DNA of 57,453 nucleotides from a virus (Duplodnaviria; Caudoviricetes), in IMG/VR virus record IMGVR_UViG_3300043409_000487, positions 1-57,453 of that record, one strand, 5' to 3'. A model generated the notes under the pieces. That model saw nothing but the letters and a program-made list of their open reading frames with translations. It had not been told where the DNA came from and did not search any database. The stretch's first letter is position 1; the number at the start of each line of letters is the position of its first letter. Shown here in pieces: positions 8,345 through 18,369 of the stretch. A program made the position numbers and the translations under genes.

Positions 8345-9853
8345 ATGTACACCCCAAAACACAAGCCATTCCAACACCAAGCTGAACTCTTCGAGAAGAC
8401 CAAAGACCTCAAGTCCTTTGCCTTCTTCTGGGAACAAGGCACTGGTAAGTCCAAAGAGATTATTGACACGGCTGGGTATCTGTTCACCACGGACAAAATA
8501 GATGCACTGTTTGTGGTTGCACCCAACGGGGTTCACCGTAATTGGGTTGTGAACGAATGCCCAACTCACCTACCAGATTCAGTGCTGAAACAAACATACA
8601 TGCACTTTTACCAAGGTCAGAAGGCTCACACCAAGGGACACAAGACTGCCCTGCAGCAAGTACTGAAGCACAAAGGCTTTGCGGTGCTCACTATGTCGTA
8701 CAACAGTTTTATGACAGAGGCTGGCAAGAAGGTTGCAAAGGATTTTTTGTCGAAGCGTTCAGCACTGTATGTGCTGGATGAATCGTCAGCAATTAAAAAC
8801 CCAACTGCCAAGCGTACCAAAACGATTCTTGCTTCATCTTCGTATGGGGCGTACCGCAGAGTGCTTGACGGAACACCAGTTAGCAACAGCCCATTCGACA
8901 TTTACACGCAGCTGCAATTCCTGGAAAAAGACTTTTGGGTGAACCACAAGTTCAGCAGCTTCACTGTGTTCAAGCACCATTTTGGTATTTGGAAAAACGG
9001 GTTCAATTCACAAAGTGGCAGAGACTTTGAGTTCGTCGTTGGGTATCACCACTTACCAGAGTTGCACGAAATTGTAGACACCATATCTTCACGTGTGTTG
9101 AAGGAAGATGTGCTCGATTTACCACCGAAGTTGTACCAGAAGCGTTACTTCGATATGAACCCTGCCCAGCAGAAGGCATACGCAGAACTTCGTGACGAAG
9201 CCATCACGTTCCTTTCTGGGCTCAACGAGGAAGATCTAGAGGGCTTACCAGACGAAGATGCTGTGGAGTTGTTTGAGCAAAGTATGTCAAACGTGGTAGA
9301 GGCTCCTCTGGCAATTGTAAGACTGCTTCGACTGCAGCAAGTAACCTCTGGTTACGTACCCAACACAGAAGGTGAATTCTGGGAATTCGAAGGTGTAAAC
9401 GCCAGACTTGCTACGTTGGCTGAGGTTTGTGAGCAAACTGTAGGCAAGGGCATTATCTGGGCTAAATTCACCCGTGACATAGACCTGATAATGAAACTGC
9501 TTGGCGACACTGCCGTTCGATATGATGGACAAGTCACAGATGAAGAACGTGGTGAGTCCATCGAGAAGTTCCAAAGTGGCACTGCGAAGTGGTTCGTTGC
9601 GAACCCTGCTGTTGGTGCTACTGGGCTCACTCTCACTGCTGCCACAACAGTTGTCTTCTACAACAACACATTTAAGTTGTCACAGCGGTTACAGGCAGAA
9701 GACCGTGCACACCGTATTGGTCAAGAGCACCCAGTAAACTATGTGGACATAATTGCTGCAGAGACCATCGACGAGAAGATTGTACAGGCGTTGGTGAATA
9801 AGATGAACATTGCGTCACAGGTAACTGGTGATGTACTAAAGGAGTGGTTATGA
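8345..9853 (+). CDS. SNF2-family (SF2) DNA helicase
   Basis: EQGTGKS, LDES, GTP and QAEDRAHRIGQ motifs; AGAAAAGGAG RBS. Confidence 0.9.
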   Translation: MYTPKHKPFQHQAELFEKTKDLKSFAFFWEQGTGKSKEIIDTAGYLFTTDKIDALFVVAPNGVHRNWVVNECPTHLPDSVLKQTYMHFYQGQKAHTKGHKTALQQVLKHKGFAVLTMSYNSFMTEAGKKVAKDFLSKRSALYVLDESSAIKNPTAKRTKTILASSSYGAYRRVLDGTPVSNSPFDIYTQLQFLEKDFWVNHKFSSFTVFKHHFGIWKNGFNSQSGRDFEFVVGYHHLPELHEIVDTISSRVLKEDVLDLPPKLYQKRYFDMNPAQQKAYAELRDEAITFLSGLNEEDLEGLPDEDAVELFEQSMSNVVEAPLAIVRLLRLQQVTSGYVPNTEGEFWEFEGVNARLATLAEVCEQTVGKGIIWAKFTRDIDLIMKLLGDTAVRYDGQVTDEERGESIEKFQSGTAKWFVANPAVGATGLTLTAATTVVFYNNTFKLSQRLQAEDRAHRIGQEHPVNYVDIIAAETIDEKIVQALVNKMNIASQVTGDVLKEWL

Positions 9854-10185
9854 CAGTCTATGCTATCCAGAACCAACAACGTTGGGACGAGAAGTCACAA
9901 TCATTGGTTCCTAAATTCAATATTGATGCAGCCTATGAGTATGGCGAAGTAAAGTTCTTACTAAGCCCAAGTGCGTCGCCATTCAAAAGCGAATCAATTA
10001 TCCAGCAACTACGCACTGAGTTGGCTTCGTTTACGGATGATGACCACCTATTGCTTGTTGGCAACCCGTGCTTCATCGGTTGGGCTACTGCTATTGCTGC
10101 AGAGTTCAGTGGTGGAGAAGTGAATTTACTTCAGTGGTCTGGCAAAGACCAGAAGTACATACCCGTCAGAAGTAAACTATTCTGA
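9850..10185 (+). CDS. Hypothetical protein
   Basis: AGGAG RBS, coupled ORF. Confidence 0.65.
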   Translation: MTVYAIQNQQRWDEKSQSLVPKFNIDAAYEYGEVKFLLSPSASPFKSESIIQQLRTELASFTDDDHLLLVGNPCFIGWATAIAAEFSGGEVNLLQWSGKDQKYIPVRSKLF

Positions 10186-10240
10186 CAATAATTGGCAAAG
10201 TATGCCGTAACATTCAACTTGTAAAGAAAAGGAGCATTAT

Positions 10241-10783
10241 ATGCAACCCACACCAAACTACGACTACGGTGACACCGCTGCCAGCACTGACATATTGGCA
10301 CGTCTTGCCACACTGGCAGGTGAGCAACGTAAAGCAGAGATTGCTGTCTTGGAGGCTGAAGAAGCCTTGTCAAAAGCAAAGAAACACCTTGCGGACGTTA
10401 GCGAACGACAAATCCCTGAATTGATGGATGAGGCAGGTGTCGCAGAGTTCACCACTGCCGACGGACTCAAGATTCAAGTGCTGGAGAAAATACGTGCCAG
10501 TATCCCAAAGACCGCACAAGGGGCAGCGTTCGCATGGCTAAGAGAACATGGTCACGAATCACTTATCAAGAACATCGTTGAAGTCAAATTTTCAGCTGGT
10601 GAAGATGAAAAGGCTGAAGAAATTCTGCACCTACTGCAAGAGCATGGTACAGAACCTTCTGCCGAAAAATCAGTACACGCAAGCACACTTGCAGCCTTCA
10701 TCAAAGAGCAATTGACAGCTGGTGTTGAAGTTCCGTTGGAACTGTTTGGTGCATTCCGTCAGCGTTACGCTAAGATTAAGTAA
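10241..10783 (+). CDS. Conserved replication-module protein (coiled-coil N-terminus)
   Basis: Strong RBS; AFAWLREHG and VHASTL motifs seen in siphophage replication clusters. Confidence 0.65.
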   Translation: MQPTPNYDYGDTAASTDILARLATLAGEQRKAEIAVLEAEEALSKAKKHLADVSERQIPELMDEAGVAEFTTADGLKIQVLEKIRASIPKTAQGAAFAWLREHGHESLIKNIVEVKFSAGEDEKAEEILHLLQEHGTEPSAEKSVHASTLAAFIKEQLTAGVEVPLELFGAFRQRYAKIK

Positions 10784-10888
10784 AGAATACCGCCACATGG
10801 TTGGTTGTGGGCGTGGTCTGGCAGGACTAAATTCCATCGGCTACGGGAATTAAAAGTGCGTACCCATTTAAATGTAAAGGAGTCAGAA

Positions 10889-11707
10889 ATGACAAAGGCA
10901 AATGAAGTAGCAGAATTGAAGTCTAACTTACCAGTTGTTGCACATGACTACGGTGTCGATGCTGGGGCAGGCTTTGAAAACCAAACCTCTGAAGACTATG
11001 CAATTCCGTTTATCGGTGTGTTGCAAGCGTTGTCACCGCAAGTTGGTGACCCTTCTGATGGTGGTATTGAAGGTGCTAAGCAGGGTATGTTATTCAACAC
11101 TGTGACGAACGAACTGTTCGAAGCCAAATCAGGCTTGGGCTTCGTGCCAGCAACAACAACACATGTGTACGTCGAGTGGGTTCCACGTGACTCAGGTGGT
11201 GGTTTTGTTGGGGTTCATCAACTGGACAGTCAAGTTGTGCGTGATGCAAAATCAAACTCTGCATCATTTAATGGCTTGAAGACATCAACTGGCAATGACT
11301 TGGTAGAAACATTCTACGTGTATGGTGTCTTGCTGGATGAAGAAGGTGACCCTAGTGGTATGGGCGTGATTGCGTTCACGTCGAGCAAAATCAAGGTTTA
11401 CAAAAACTGGAACACCAAGGTGAAGATGTTTACCATCAAAACACCAGACGGTCGTAAAGTAAACCCACCGTTGTTTGCGCACCAAGTTCGTCTGACATCC
11501 ACAAAAGAAAAGTCAGCAAAAGGCGACTACCACAACTTTGCTATGTCCCCACTCAACGGGACTATTGCTGAGTCTTTATTGCCTCCTGACAGCCCAGTTC
11601 TGGCAGCTGCTAAGCAGTGTAAAGAAATGGTTGAAGGTGGTGTTGCACGTGCTTCGTATGAAACACAGGACGGTGGTGCTAAGTCTGACGTTGATGCTCC
11701 GTTCTAA
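10889..11707 (+). CDS. Putative ssDNA-binding protein
   Basis: IPFIGVLQALSPQ motif, acidic SSB-like tail SDVDAPF, replication context. Confidence 0.6.
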   Translation: MTKANEVAELKSNLPVVAHDYGVDAGAGFENQTSEDYAIPFIGVLQALSPQVGDPSDGGIEGAKQGMLFNTVTNELFEAKSGLGFVPATTTHVYVEWVPRDSGGGFVGVHQLDSQVVRDAKSNSASFNGLKTSTGNDLVETFYVYGVLLDEEGDPSGMGVIAFTSSKIKVYKNWNTKVKMFTIKTPDGRKVNPPLFAHQVRLTSTKEKSAKGDYHNFAMSPLNGTIAESLLPPDSPVLAAAKQCKEMVEGGVARASYETQDGGAKSDVDAPF

Positions 11708-11789
11708 GTAAGAATGGTATGAACTTATGTGCTGAGAACTTCCATTGAAGAGTAAGTAACACACGAGTGGGTGAGAAGCCCACGCCCAC

Positions 11790-11867
11790 ACGGCATTAGT
11801 TCAGTTGGATAGAACAGCAGTCTTCTACACTGCGTTGTCGGGGGTTCGAGTCCCTCATGCCGTGCCA
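11790..11867 (+). tRNA. tRNA-Arg (UCU)
   Basis: Acceptor ACGGCAT/ATGCCGT, G73 and encoded CCA. D-arm GTTC-AGTTGGATA-GAAC with A20. Anticodon stem GCAGT/ACTGC, loop CT-TCT-AC. T-loop TTCGAGT. Confidence 0.9.
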
Positions 11868-11998
11868 ACTGGAGAGTGTTTTGTGCTTTGTAGCGAAGGG
11901 TTGTTGCTTCGTGTGGATAACTCTTCGACACGTTGCTATGACAATCGACGCACAAGAGTAAGAGAGTTTGAGTGTGTCCCAGAACACTCCCCAGTTGG
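11865..11998 (+). ncRNA. Candidate structured RNA directly 3' of the tRNA
   Basis: 19-bp closing stem (11865-11883 / 11980-11998) with nested stems TTGTGC/GCACAA, GTAGC/GCTAT, CGAAG/CTTCG and CGTGT/ACACG. Confidence 0.45.
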
Positions 11999-12026
11999 GC
12001 TTTACAATTCAGAAAAGGAGAATCAT

Positions 12027-13238
12027 ATGCAGTTCAGCACCAAGCAACAAAAGGCACTTGCCGATGTTGAACGCTGGTACAGAAGTAAGACCAATGAGCA
12101 ACAAGTGTTCCGTGTCTTTGGGTACGCTGGCACGGGCAAGACTACGCTAGCCAGACACTTTGCTTCTAACATCGAAGGGCTTGTGTTGTTCGCTGCCTAC
12201 ACAGGCAAAGCAGCACACGTATTGCAACAGTCTGGGTGTGAAGGTGCAACAACAATCCACTCACTAATCTACATCTCAGCAGAAAAGAGCAAAGAACGAC
12301 TCAAGACCCTCAAGCAGCAGCTTGTGGAACGAACAGAATTCCTGCAGCAGCAAGGTAAGGATGTTGAATCGGACGTTCGTGTTCGTGAGTTGAAACGCTT
12401 GGTGGGTGAAGAGGAGAAGAGTGCAACCAGACCAATGTTCAGGTTGAACAACGACTCTCCTGTCAAGGGCGCAAAGTTAGTTGTCATTGATGAGTGCTCT
12501 ATGGTGGACGAACGGATGGCAGAAGACCTAAAGTCTTTTGGCGTACCAATTCTGGTTCTTGGAGACCCAGCACAGTTACCTCCTGTTGGTGGTGAAGGCT
12601 ACTTCACCAATGCTGAACCAGACGTCATGCTCACTGAGATTCATAGACAAGCCCAAGACAACCCAATAATCAGACTCGCAACCATGGCGAGAGAAGGCAG
12701 AAGACCTTCTTTGGGCGGTTATGGAGATAGCCTAGTAATACCCAAGGGGACAATCACCCCTGAACAGGCTTTGGCTGCAGACCAAATACTTGTTGGTAAG
12801 AACAAGACAAGACACTCAATCAATGCAAGAATTCGCAGCCTGAAGAATATGCCAATTGAACACCCAATAGTTGGTGACAGGGTAGTTTGCCTGAGAAACA
12901 ACCATGAATTAGGACTATTGAACGGTGCTGTCAGCGATATAATTGCTGTCACCGTCTATGATTCTGAAGAGATAATCATGACAGTGGATACCAATGGGAG
13001 ACCAACAGACGTTGTGGCTCACATGGCACACTTTCTTGGCAAAGAACTTGGGTGGTGGGAAAAGCGTGAACGTGAAGAGTTTGATTATGGGTACGCAATG
13101 ACCGTGCACAAGAGCCAAGGTTCACAATGGCAGAATGTCTTGTTGTTTGATGAAAGTTCATCATTCAGAACGGACTGGAATCGGTGGTTGTACACGGGTA
13201 TAACACGGGCTGCAGAAAAACTAACAATCGTTATCTAG
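12027..13238 (+). CDS. RecD/Dda-like SF1 helicase
   Basis: GYAGTGKT, IDECSM, GDPAQLPPV and YAMTVHKSQGS motifs. Confidence 0.9.
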   Translation: MQFSTKQQKALADVERWYRSKTNEQQVFRVFGYAGTGKTTLARHFASNIEGLVLFAAYTGKAAHVLQQSGCEGATTIHSLIYISAEKSKERLKTLKQQLVERTEFLQQQGKDVESDVRVRELKRLVGEEEKSATRPMFRLNNDSPVKGAKLVVIDECSMVDERMAEDLKSFGVPILVLGDPAQLPPVGGEGYFTNAEPDVMLTEIHRQAQDNPIIRLATMAREGRRPSLGGYGDSLVIPKGTITPEQALAADQILVGKNKTRHSINARIRSLKNMPIEHPIVGDRVVCLRNNHELGLLNGAVSDIIAVTVYDSEEIIMTVDTNGRPTDVVAHMAHFLGKELGWWEKREREEFDYGYAMTVHKSQGSQWQNVLLFDESSSFRTDWNRWLYTGITRAAEKLTIVI

Positions 13239-13246
13239 GAGTTAAC

Positions 13247-15043
13247 ATGACAACACTATCCCGTGAGCGTGACCAATTGCTCACTGACTTTGGAAAAGCA
13301 ACACTCAATGACCGCTACTTACTTCCAGGAGAATCCTACCAAGAAGCCTTTGCCCGTGTGGCTTCAGCCTACGCAGAAGACGAAGCCCACGCCCAACGAA
13401 TGTATGACAACATCAGTAAGTTGTGGTTCATCCCAGCGACACCTGTTATGTCCAACGGTGGAACAGACCGTGGGTTGCCAATTAGCTGTTACCTAAACAA
13501 CGTCGATGACAGTATGCAGTCAATCAGCGACAAGTGGACAGAGAATGTTTGGCTGGGTGCTGGTGGTGGTGGCATAGGTACATGCTGGTCAGACGTTCGT
13601 AGTATCGGTGAACCAGTCAAAGGTCGTGGGGGTTCTAGTGGAATTATCCCGTTCATTCGTATTTTAGATTCACAGGTGTTAGCAGTAAGTCAAGGTTCAT
13701 TAAGACGTGGTGCTGCAGCTGTGTACTTAGATGTGTCACACCCTGAAATTGAAGAATTCTTGGAAATTCGCAAACCCTCAGGTGACTTCAATCGCAAATC
13801 TCTGAACCTGCACCACGGAATCGTCTTGACAGATGCATTCATGGAAGCGGTTCGGGACAATCTGTCATGGGAACTTGTAGACCCACATTCGAATCAGGTG
13901 AAGAAGACTGTAAGCGCACGCAACATTTGGCAAAAGATTTTGGAAATACGTCTTCAAACTGGCGAGCCTTATTTATTATTCAAAGACAATGCCACCCGTG
14001 GTATGGCAGAGCACCAACGCCAGCTTGGCATGGAAGTTAAGCAATCAAACCTGTGCTGTGAGATTATGTTGCACACTGGCTTAGACCAACACGGCAAGGA
14101 CAGAACTGCGGTGTGCTGCTTGGGTTCTGTAAACCTAGAAAAGTGGTACGAGTGGAAGGATGACCCACAGTTCATCCAAGATTGCCTACTGTTCTTGGAC
14201 AATGTGTTGCAAGACTACATCGACCGCACCGAAGGTATGCAGGGGTTCGAGGCTGCACGCTATGCTGCATCACAGGAGCGTTCCGTTGGGCTTGGGGTCA
14301 TGGGCTTACATTCGTTATTCCAGCAGCGCAATATTCCTTTCGACTGTGCCATTGCCAAGAGCATGAACATGTCAATCTTCAAAAAGTTACGTGAAGACTG
14401 TGATGCTGCCAATGAGGCAATTGGAACACTGAAGGGTGCTTGTCCAGACGCTGCTCAGGTTGGCAAGAACTTAAGATTCAGTCATTGCATGGCGATTGCA
14501 CCAACTGCATCAATCAGTATTATTGGTGGTGGTGCTTCCCCGTGTGTTGAACCTTGGAACACGAACATCTTCACGCAGAAGACTCTTAGCGGTTCGTTCG
14601 AAGTGCGCAACAAGTACCTTGAGCAATTGCTTGAATCAGTTGGGGAAAACACAGAGAGCGTGTGGGATTCAATCCTAGAGGAACATGGTTCAGTACAGCA
14701 CCTGCCGTTCTTAACCCAAGAGCAAAAGGATGTTTTCAAGACTGCTTGGGAGATTGACCAACGCTGGGTGGTTGACTTCGCTGCAGACCGCACCCCACAT
14801 ATCGACCAAGGACAATCAATCAACCTGTTCCTGAAAGGTAACGTGGACAAGTGGGACTTGCACATGCTGCACTACACAGCGTGGAAGTCTGGGGTGAAGA
14901 GTTTGTACTACCTACGCAGCATGTCAACACAACGTGCTGGCTTTGTTGGTGGTGTGGAAAAAGATAACACAATTGAACGGGAACAGGTATTGGCACATGC
15001 TACTGGACGTTCGGACTATGAGGAGTGCTTAGCATGTCAGTAA
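13247..15043 (+). CDS. nrdA: Ribonucleotide reductase class Ia alpha subunit
   Basis: ATPVMSN, PISCY, QSNLCCEI, APTAS, KSLYY and C-terminal CLACQ; no ATP cone. Confidence 0.95.
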   Translation: MTTLSRERDQLLTDFGKATLNDRYLLPGESYQEAFARVASAYAEDEAHAQRMYDNISKLWFIPATPVMSNGGTDRGLPISCYLNNVDDSMQSISDKWTENVWLGAGGGGIGTCWSDVRSIGEPVKGRGGSSGIIPFIRILDSQVLAVSQGSLRRGAAAVYLDVSHPEIEEFLEIRKPSGDFNRKSLNLHHGIVLTDAFMEAVRDNLSWELVDPHSNQVKKTVSARNIWQKILEIRLQTGEPYLLFKDNATRGMAEHQRQLGMEVKQSNLCCEIMLHTGLDQHGKDRTAVCCLGSVNLEKWYEWKDDPQFIQDCLLFLDNVLQDYIDRTEGMQGFEAARYAASQERSVGLGVMGLHSLFQQRNIPFDCAIAKSMNMSIFKKLREDCDAANEAIGTLKGACPDAAQVGKNLRFSHCMAIAPTASISIIGGGASPCVEPWNTNIFTQKTLSGSFEVRNKYLEQLLESVGENTESVWDSILEEHGSVQHLPFLTQEQKDVFKTAWEIDQRWVVDFAADRTPHIDQGQSINLFLKGNVDKWDLHMLHYTAWKSGVKSLYYLRSMSTQRAGFVGGVEKDNTIEREQVLAHATGRSDYEECLACQ

Positions 15044-16023
15044 TACAACTAAAACAACAATCCGTTGGATACAAGCCGTTCCGTTACCCTTGGGCTTACC
15101 AGTTTTGGAAAGCCCAGCAGCAAGTCCACTGGCTGCCAGAAGAAGTGCCGTTGTCAGAAGACGTTCGTGATTGGGCGACAAGACTGTCAGACAACGAACG
15201 TGAACTGCTGACACAGATTTTCAGGTTCTTTACCCAGTCAGATATCGACGTGAATGACAACTACATGGAGAAGTACACGCAGGTATTCAAGCCCACAGAA
15301 ATTCGCATGATGTTGTCAGCGTTTTCAAACATGGAAACGATTCATGTTGACGCATATTCACTGCTGGTGGAAACTGTGGGCATGCCAGACGCTGAGTACA
15401 AGGCTTTCATGGACTATCAGGCAATGCGGGACAAGCACGACTTCTTAGGTCAGTTCAATGTCGACTCTGACAGAGACATCTTGAAGACTATGGCAGTGTT
15501 TGGTGCATTTACTGAAGGGCTTCAGTTGTTTGCTTCGTTCGCTATGTTGCTGAACTTCCCACGCTTCGGCAAGATGAAGGGTATGGGGCAGATAGTTACT
15601 TGGTCGGTGCGTGACGAGACTCTCCACTGTGAAGGTATTATCAAGTTATTCCACGAGTTTGCTGCTGAAACTGGTGCGCTGGACGAAGAACTGAAGCAAG
15701 AAATTCGCCAGATTGCACAACACGTGGTAGAACTAGAGGATAAGTTCATTGACCTAGCATTCGGTGTTGGTGGTATTGAAGGCATGACACCTGAAGACAT
15801 CAAGGCTTATATACGGTATGTTTGTGACTGGAGACTTAGTCAGTTGAAGCTGGAACCAGTGTTCGGCATAGATGTGCACCCACTGCCGTGGCTGAAGTCA
15901 CTGCTCAACGGTATTGAGCATGCTAACTTCTTCGAGACACGTTCTACGGAGTACAGCAAGGGTGCTACAAGCAGCACTTGGGAGGACACTTGGAATCATT
16001 TTGATTCTGTTGTGGTAAAGTAA
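15034..16023 (+). CDS. nrdB: Ribonucleotide reductase beta subunit
   Basis: HWLPEE, ETIH, EGLQLF, RDETLH and NFFETR..EY motifs. Confidence 0.95.
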   Translation: MSVIQLKQQSVGYKPFRYPWAYQFWKAQQQVHWLPEEVPLSEDVRDWATRLSDNERELLTQIFRFFTQSDIDVNDNYMEKYTQVFKPTEIRMMLSAFSNMETIHVDAYSLLVETVGMPDAEYKAFMDYQAMRDKHDFLGQFNVDSDRDILKTMAVFGAFTEGLQLFASFAMLLNFPRFGKMKGMGQIVTWSVRDETLHCEGIIKLFHEFAAETGALDEELKQEIRQIAQHVVELEDKFIDLAFGVGGIEGMTPEDIKAYIRYVCDWRLSQLKLEPVFGIDVHPLPWLKSLLNGIEHANFFETRSTEYSKGATSSTWEDTWNHFDSVVVK

Positions 16024-16079
16024 GATAGTTGGCAAAAGGCAACAAACTAAAATAATTTACAAAAGTATTGTTTTAGTTG

Positions 16080-16108
16080 TTGTCTTTTGTCGTTGTTGGA
16101 GGCATAAT
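16080..16108 (+). promoter_or_regulatory. Sigma70-type promoter driving the DNA-modification operon
   Basis: TTGTCT-N17-CATAAT, a downstream hairpin and an AGAAAAGGAG RBS. Same family as the sites at 29120, 31622 and 34536. Overlaps a long imperfect hairpin at 16031-16091. Confidence 0.7.
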
Positions 16109-16158
16109 GATGTCATGGTCGTGAATGTCATGACCCAACCCAGAAAAGGAGAATCAGT

Positions 16159-16683
16159 ATGTTTACTTTATCACAAATCACCGCCCTCACTTCTTCAGAA
16201 GAAACCAAAACAGCTGAGATGTTGTCTGTGTACAACGAACTCGCAACTGCGTTGGGCTTGAAGTCAGTTAATAAATTCGCAGACCGCAAAACAGCAGTTC
16301 GTCGCTTGAATGAAATTGTCACCCAAGCAAATGAAGCTGGCATTTTAGAATCAGAAAAGCCAACCAAAGTAACAAAGGTCAAAGAACCAAAAGAACGCAA
16401 ATCAATTGCTGTGAACTATCTTGGTATGCGTGCTGACCTTTACCCAAATGGCGTTCAACAAGTCCCAACACGTGGTGCAACTTGGCTGAAATGCTTTGAG
16501 TTGTTGCGTGCTGGTGCCACTGAAGAGCAGTTGCTTGGCGTGTGGGAAGGCAATCCAAAGGCTAAGACTAATGCTTACGAAATGACACGTATTTTCTGCA
16601 CTCGCTTCGGCTGGGGCACTCGTTCGGAAGACGGGAAAATCTTCTTAATAACTCTCGAAGAGAAACGCAATGCAAGCAAATAA
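16159..16683 (+). CDS. Basic hypothetical protein, possible DNA-binding
   Basis: KFADRKTAVRRL motif, Lys-rich linker; first gene of the modification operon. Confidence 0.6.
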   Translation: MFTLSQITALTSSEETKTAEMLSVYNELATALGLKSVNKFADRKTAVRRLNEIVTQANEAGILESEKPTKVTKVKEPKERKSIAVNYLGMRADLYPNGVQQVPTRGATWLKCFELLRAGATEEQLLGVWEGNPKAKTNAYEMTRIFCTRFGWGTRSEDGKIFLITLEEKRNASK

Positions 16684-17518
16684 GATGAAGATTGAGGAGT
16701 TCGGAGCAATGCTCCTCTCCACAAAAGACCTTGACCCTGTTTACGTGGCTTTGGTAAACAGTGGTTGGGATTCTGAAAAGATTAAGCGGTGGATGGTAGC
16801 CTACTGGTGTCTATACCACTGCGGTGTGTCCTGCCATATCTCAGAATTTGAAGGTAAGGAATTTTGGGACAAGTTGATGGAAGCAGCTAAGAATGAAACA
16901 GCTTCCCCAATTGGTGAGCGTTGGTCACGTGGTGCTGAACGGAGACATTGGCGTGGTCAACAGGCGGTATCTTCTGCGCAGGAATTGATGGACAAGTACG
17001 AACGTCCAGAGCAGATGGTGGACTATATTGCTGGTGAAGGTGGAACATTCGCTGAAATTAGCAAGCGTGCACAAACTCACCGTGGGTTTGGTGACTGGAT
17101 TGGGTTCAAAATTGCTGACATGTGCGAACGTGTGCTTGGCAAGCCAGTTGCATTTGACAATGCAGCGGTGTTCATGTTCAAAGACCCAGAGAAGGCTGCG
17201 TGGATGCTTTGGGCAGAACGTAACCCTGAAATTGCCAACAACCCACATGCAACACCCAAACGAGAAGTTGTGCTGAATGGTGTGGCAGACTACCTGATGA
17301 ACCACTTCGCAGGTTACACTGCTCCACCACTGCACGACAGACCAGTGAACATCCAAGAGGTTGAGACCATACTGTGTAAGTGGAAGTCACATATGAATGG
17401 ACACTACCCTGCAGTCAAGGACATTCGTGAAATTCGACACGGGTTGGAAGACTGGTTTAGTGCTTCTGTGTCCGCACAGCAACTATACGCAGCAATGCCA
17501 ACTGGAGAATCATCATGA
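16670..17518 (+). CDS. Amino acid:DNA transferase (aGPT-PPlase clade 2-like, HhH glycosylase fold)
   Basis: DLDPVY, RGAERRHWRG, GFGDWIGFKIADM and QEVETILCKWKSH motifs; cluster context. Confidence 0.8.
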   Translation: MQANKMKIEEFGAMLLSTKDLDPVYVALVNSGWDSEKIKRWMVAYWCLYHCGVSCHISEFEGKEFWDKLMEAAKNETASPIGERWSRGAERRHWRGQQAVSSAQELMDKYERPEQMVDYIAGEGGTFAEISKRAQTHRGFGDWIGFKIADMCERVLGKPVAFDNAAVFMFKDPEKAAWMLWAERNPEIANNPHATPKREVVLNGVADYLMNHFAGYTAPPLHDRPVNIQEVETILCKWKSHMNGHYPAVKDIREIRHGLEDWFSASVSAQQLYAAMPTGESS

Positions 17519-18369
17519 TTGCAGACACCATTGTAATTGGCAACGGCTTATTCGGTGCAATCATAGCCAAGTCTTTGAGAGCAATTGGACAAACTGTATT
17601 TGTCATTGACTCCAACGAAGAACGTGCTGGCAGTAAGCCAGCAGGGTGTTTGATGAAGCCAAGTTGGTACTCTGGACTTGGTAAAGAGGTTCATGAACCA
17701 AGTATGAAATTGCTTGATTCTTTGTACGGGGTGCAAACAGTCCAATTCAGCATAAAGCCAGTTGGTTCTGCAGAAGTGTATTGGATACCACCGTCCTCAA
17801 TACTCTCAGGTGAATATTGTGTCGGAAAAGTGACAGACATTAAACAAGCTGATGGTGGTTGGCTTGTTGCCGCAGATATTGGGGACTTTGAGATGTACCA
17901 CGCATGCAAGAATCTCGTGGTTGCTGCTGGTGTTTGGACGGAAAAGCTGCTTGAAAAACTTGGTGTATTCCCCAAAGGAGGTATGGCAGCCCAAACAGGT
18001 ATTAGCTGGGTGTGGGATGGTGCACTCAAAGAAAATACCATATCAGTGTGGGCACCATACCGTCAGTTAGTCGCTATGAACTTCGGTGAAGGCAAGTGTT
18101 GGGCTGGAGACGGAACGTCAATCAAGGATGTAAACTTCGGAGAGAAGCATGTACAAGCCAGCTGGAATAGATGCTCACCGTACGCAGAGGCTTCAGGTGG
18201 ATTTACTAACGGCAAGGGTATTATTGGCATGCGTCCATATATGAAGGGGCATAAGCCTTGCTATCTGGCAGAACCTCTGTCAGGACTTTGGGTTGCTACG
18301 GGTGGTGCTAAGAATGGTACTGTGGCAGCTGGTTATTGTGCACACGTTATAACGGAGGCTTTGAAATGA
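17515..18369 (+). CDS. FAD-dependent oxidoreductase/lyase (DAO/glycine-oxidase-like)
   Basis: VIGNGLFG Rossmann motif, VAAGVW, GMRP and GGAKNG. Confidence 0.85.
   Translation: MIADTIVIGNGLFGAIIAKSLRAIGQTVFVIDSNEERAGSKPAGCLMKPSWYSGLGKEVHEPSMKLLDSLYGVQTVQFSIKPVGSAEVYWIPPSSILSGEYCVGKVTDIKQADGGWLVAADIGDFEMYHACKNLVVAAGVWTEKLLEKLGVFPKGGMAAQTGISWVWDGALKENTISVWAPYRQLVAMNFGEGKCWAGDGTSIKDVNFGEKHVQASWNRCSPYAEASGGFTNGKGIIGMRPYMKGHKPCYLAEPLSGLWVATGGAKNGTVAAGYCAHVITEALK

Noticed and set aside
11820-11830. Possible amber-suppressor tRNA (CTA visible in the loop) and stop-codon recoding
   Set aside because: The 5-bp stem fixes a 7-nt loop with anticodon TCT. A20 and G73 fit Arg, and genes end normally at TAG.
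11912-11920. Perfect DnaA box TGTGGATAA
   Set aside because: Single copy; one 9-mer match in 57 kb is near chance expectation.
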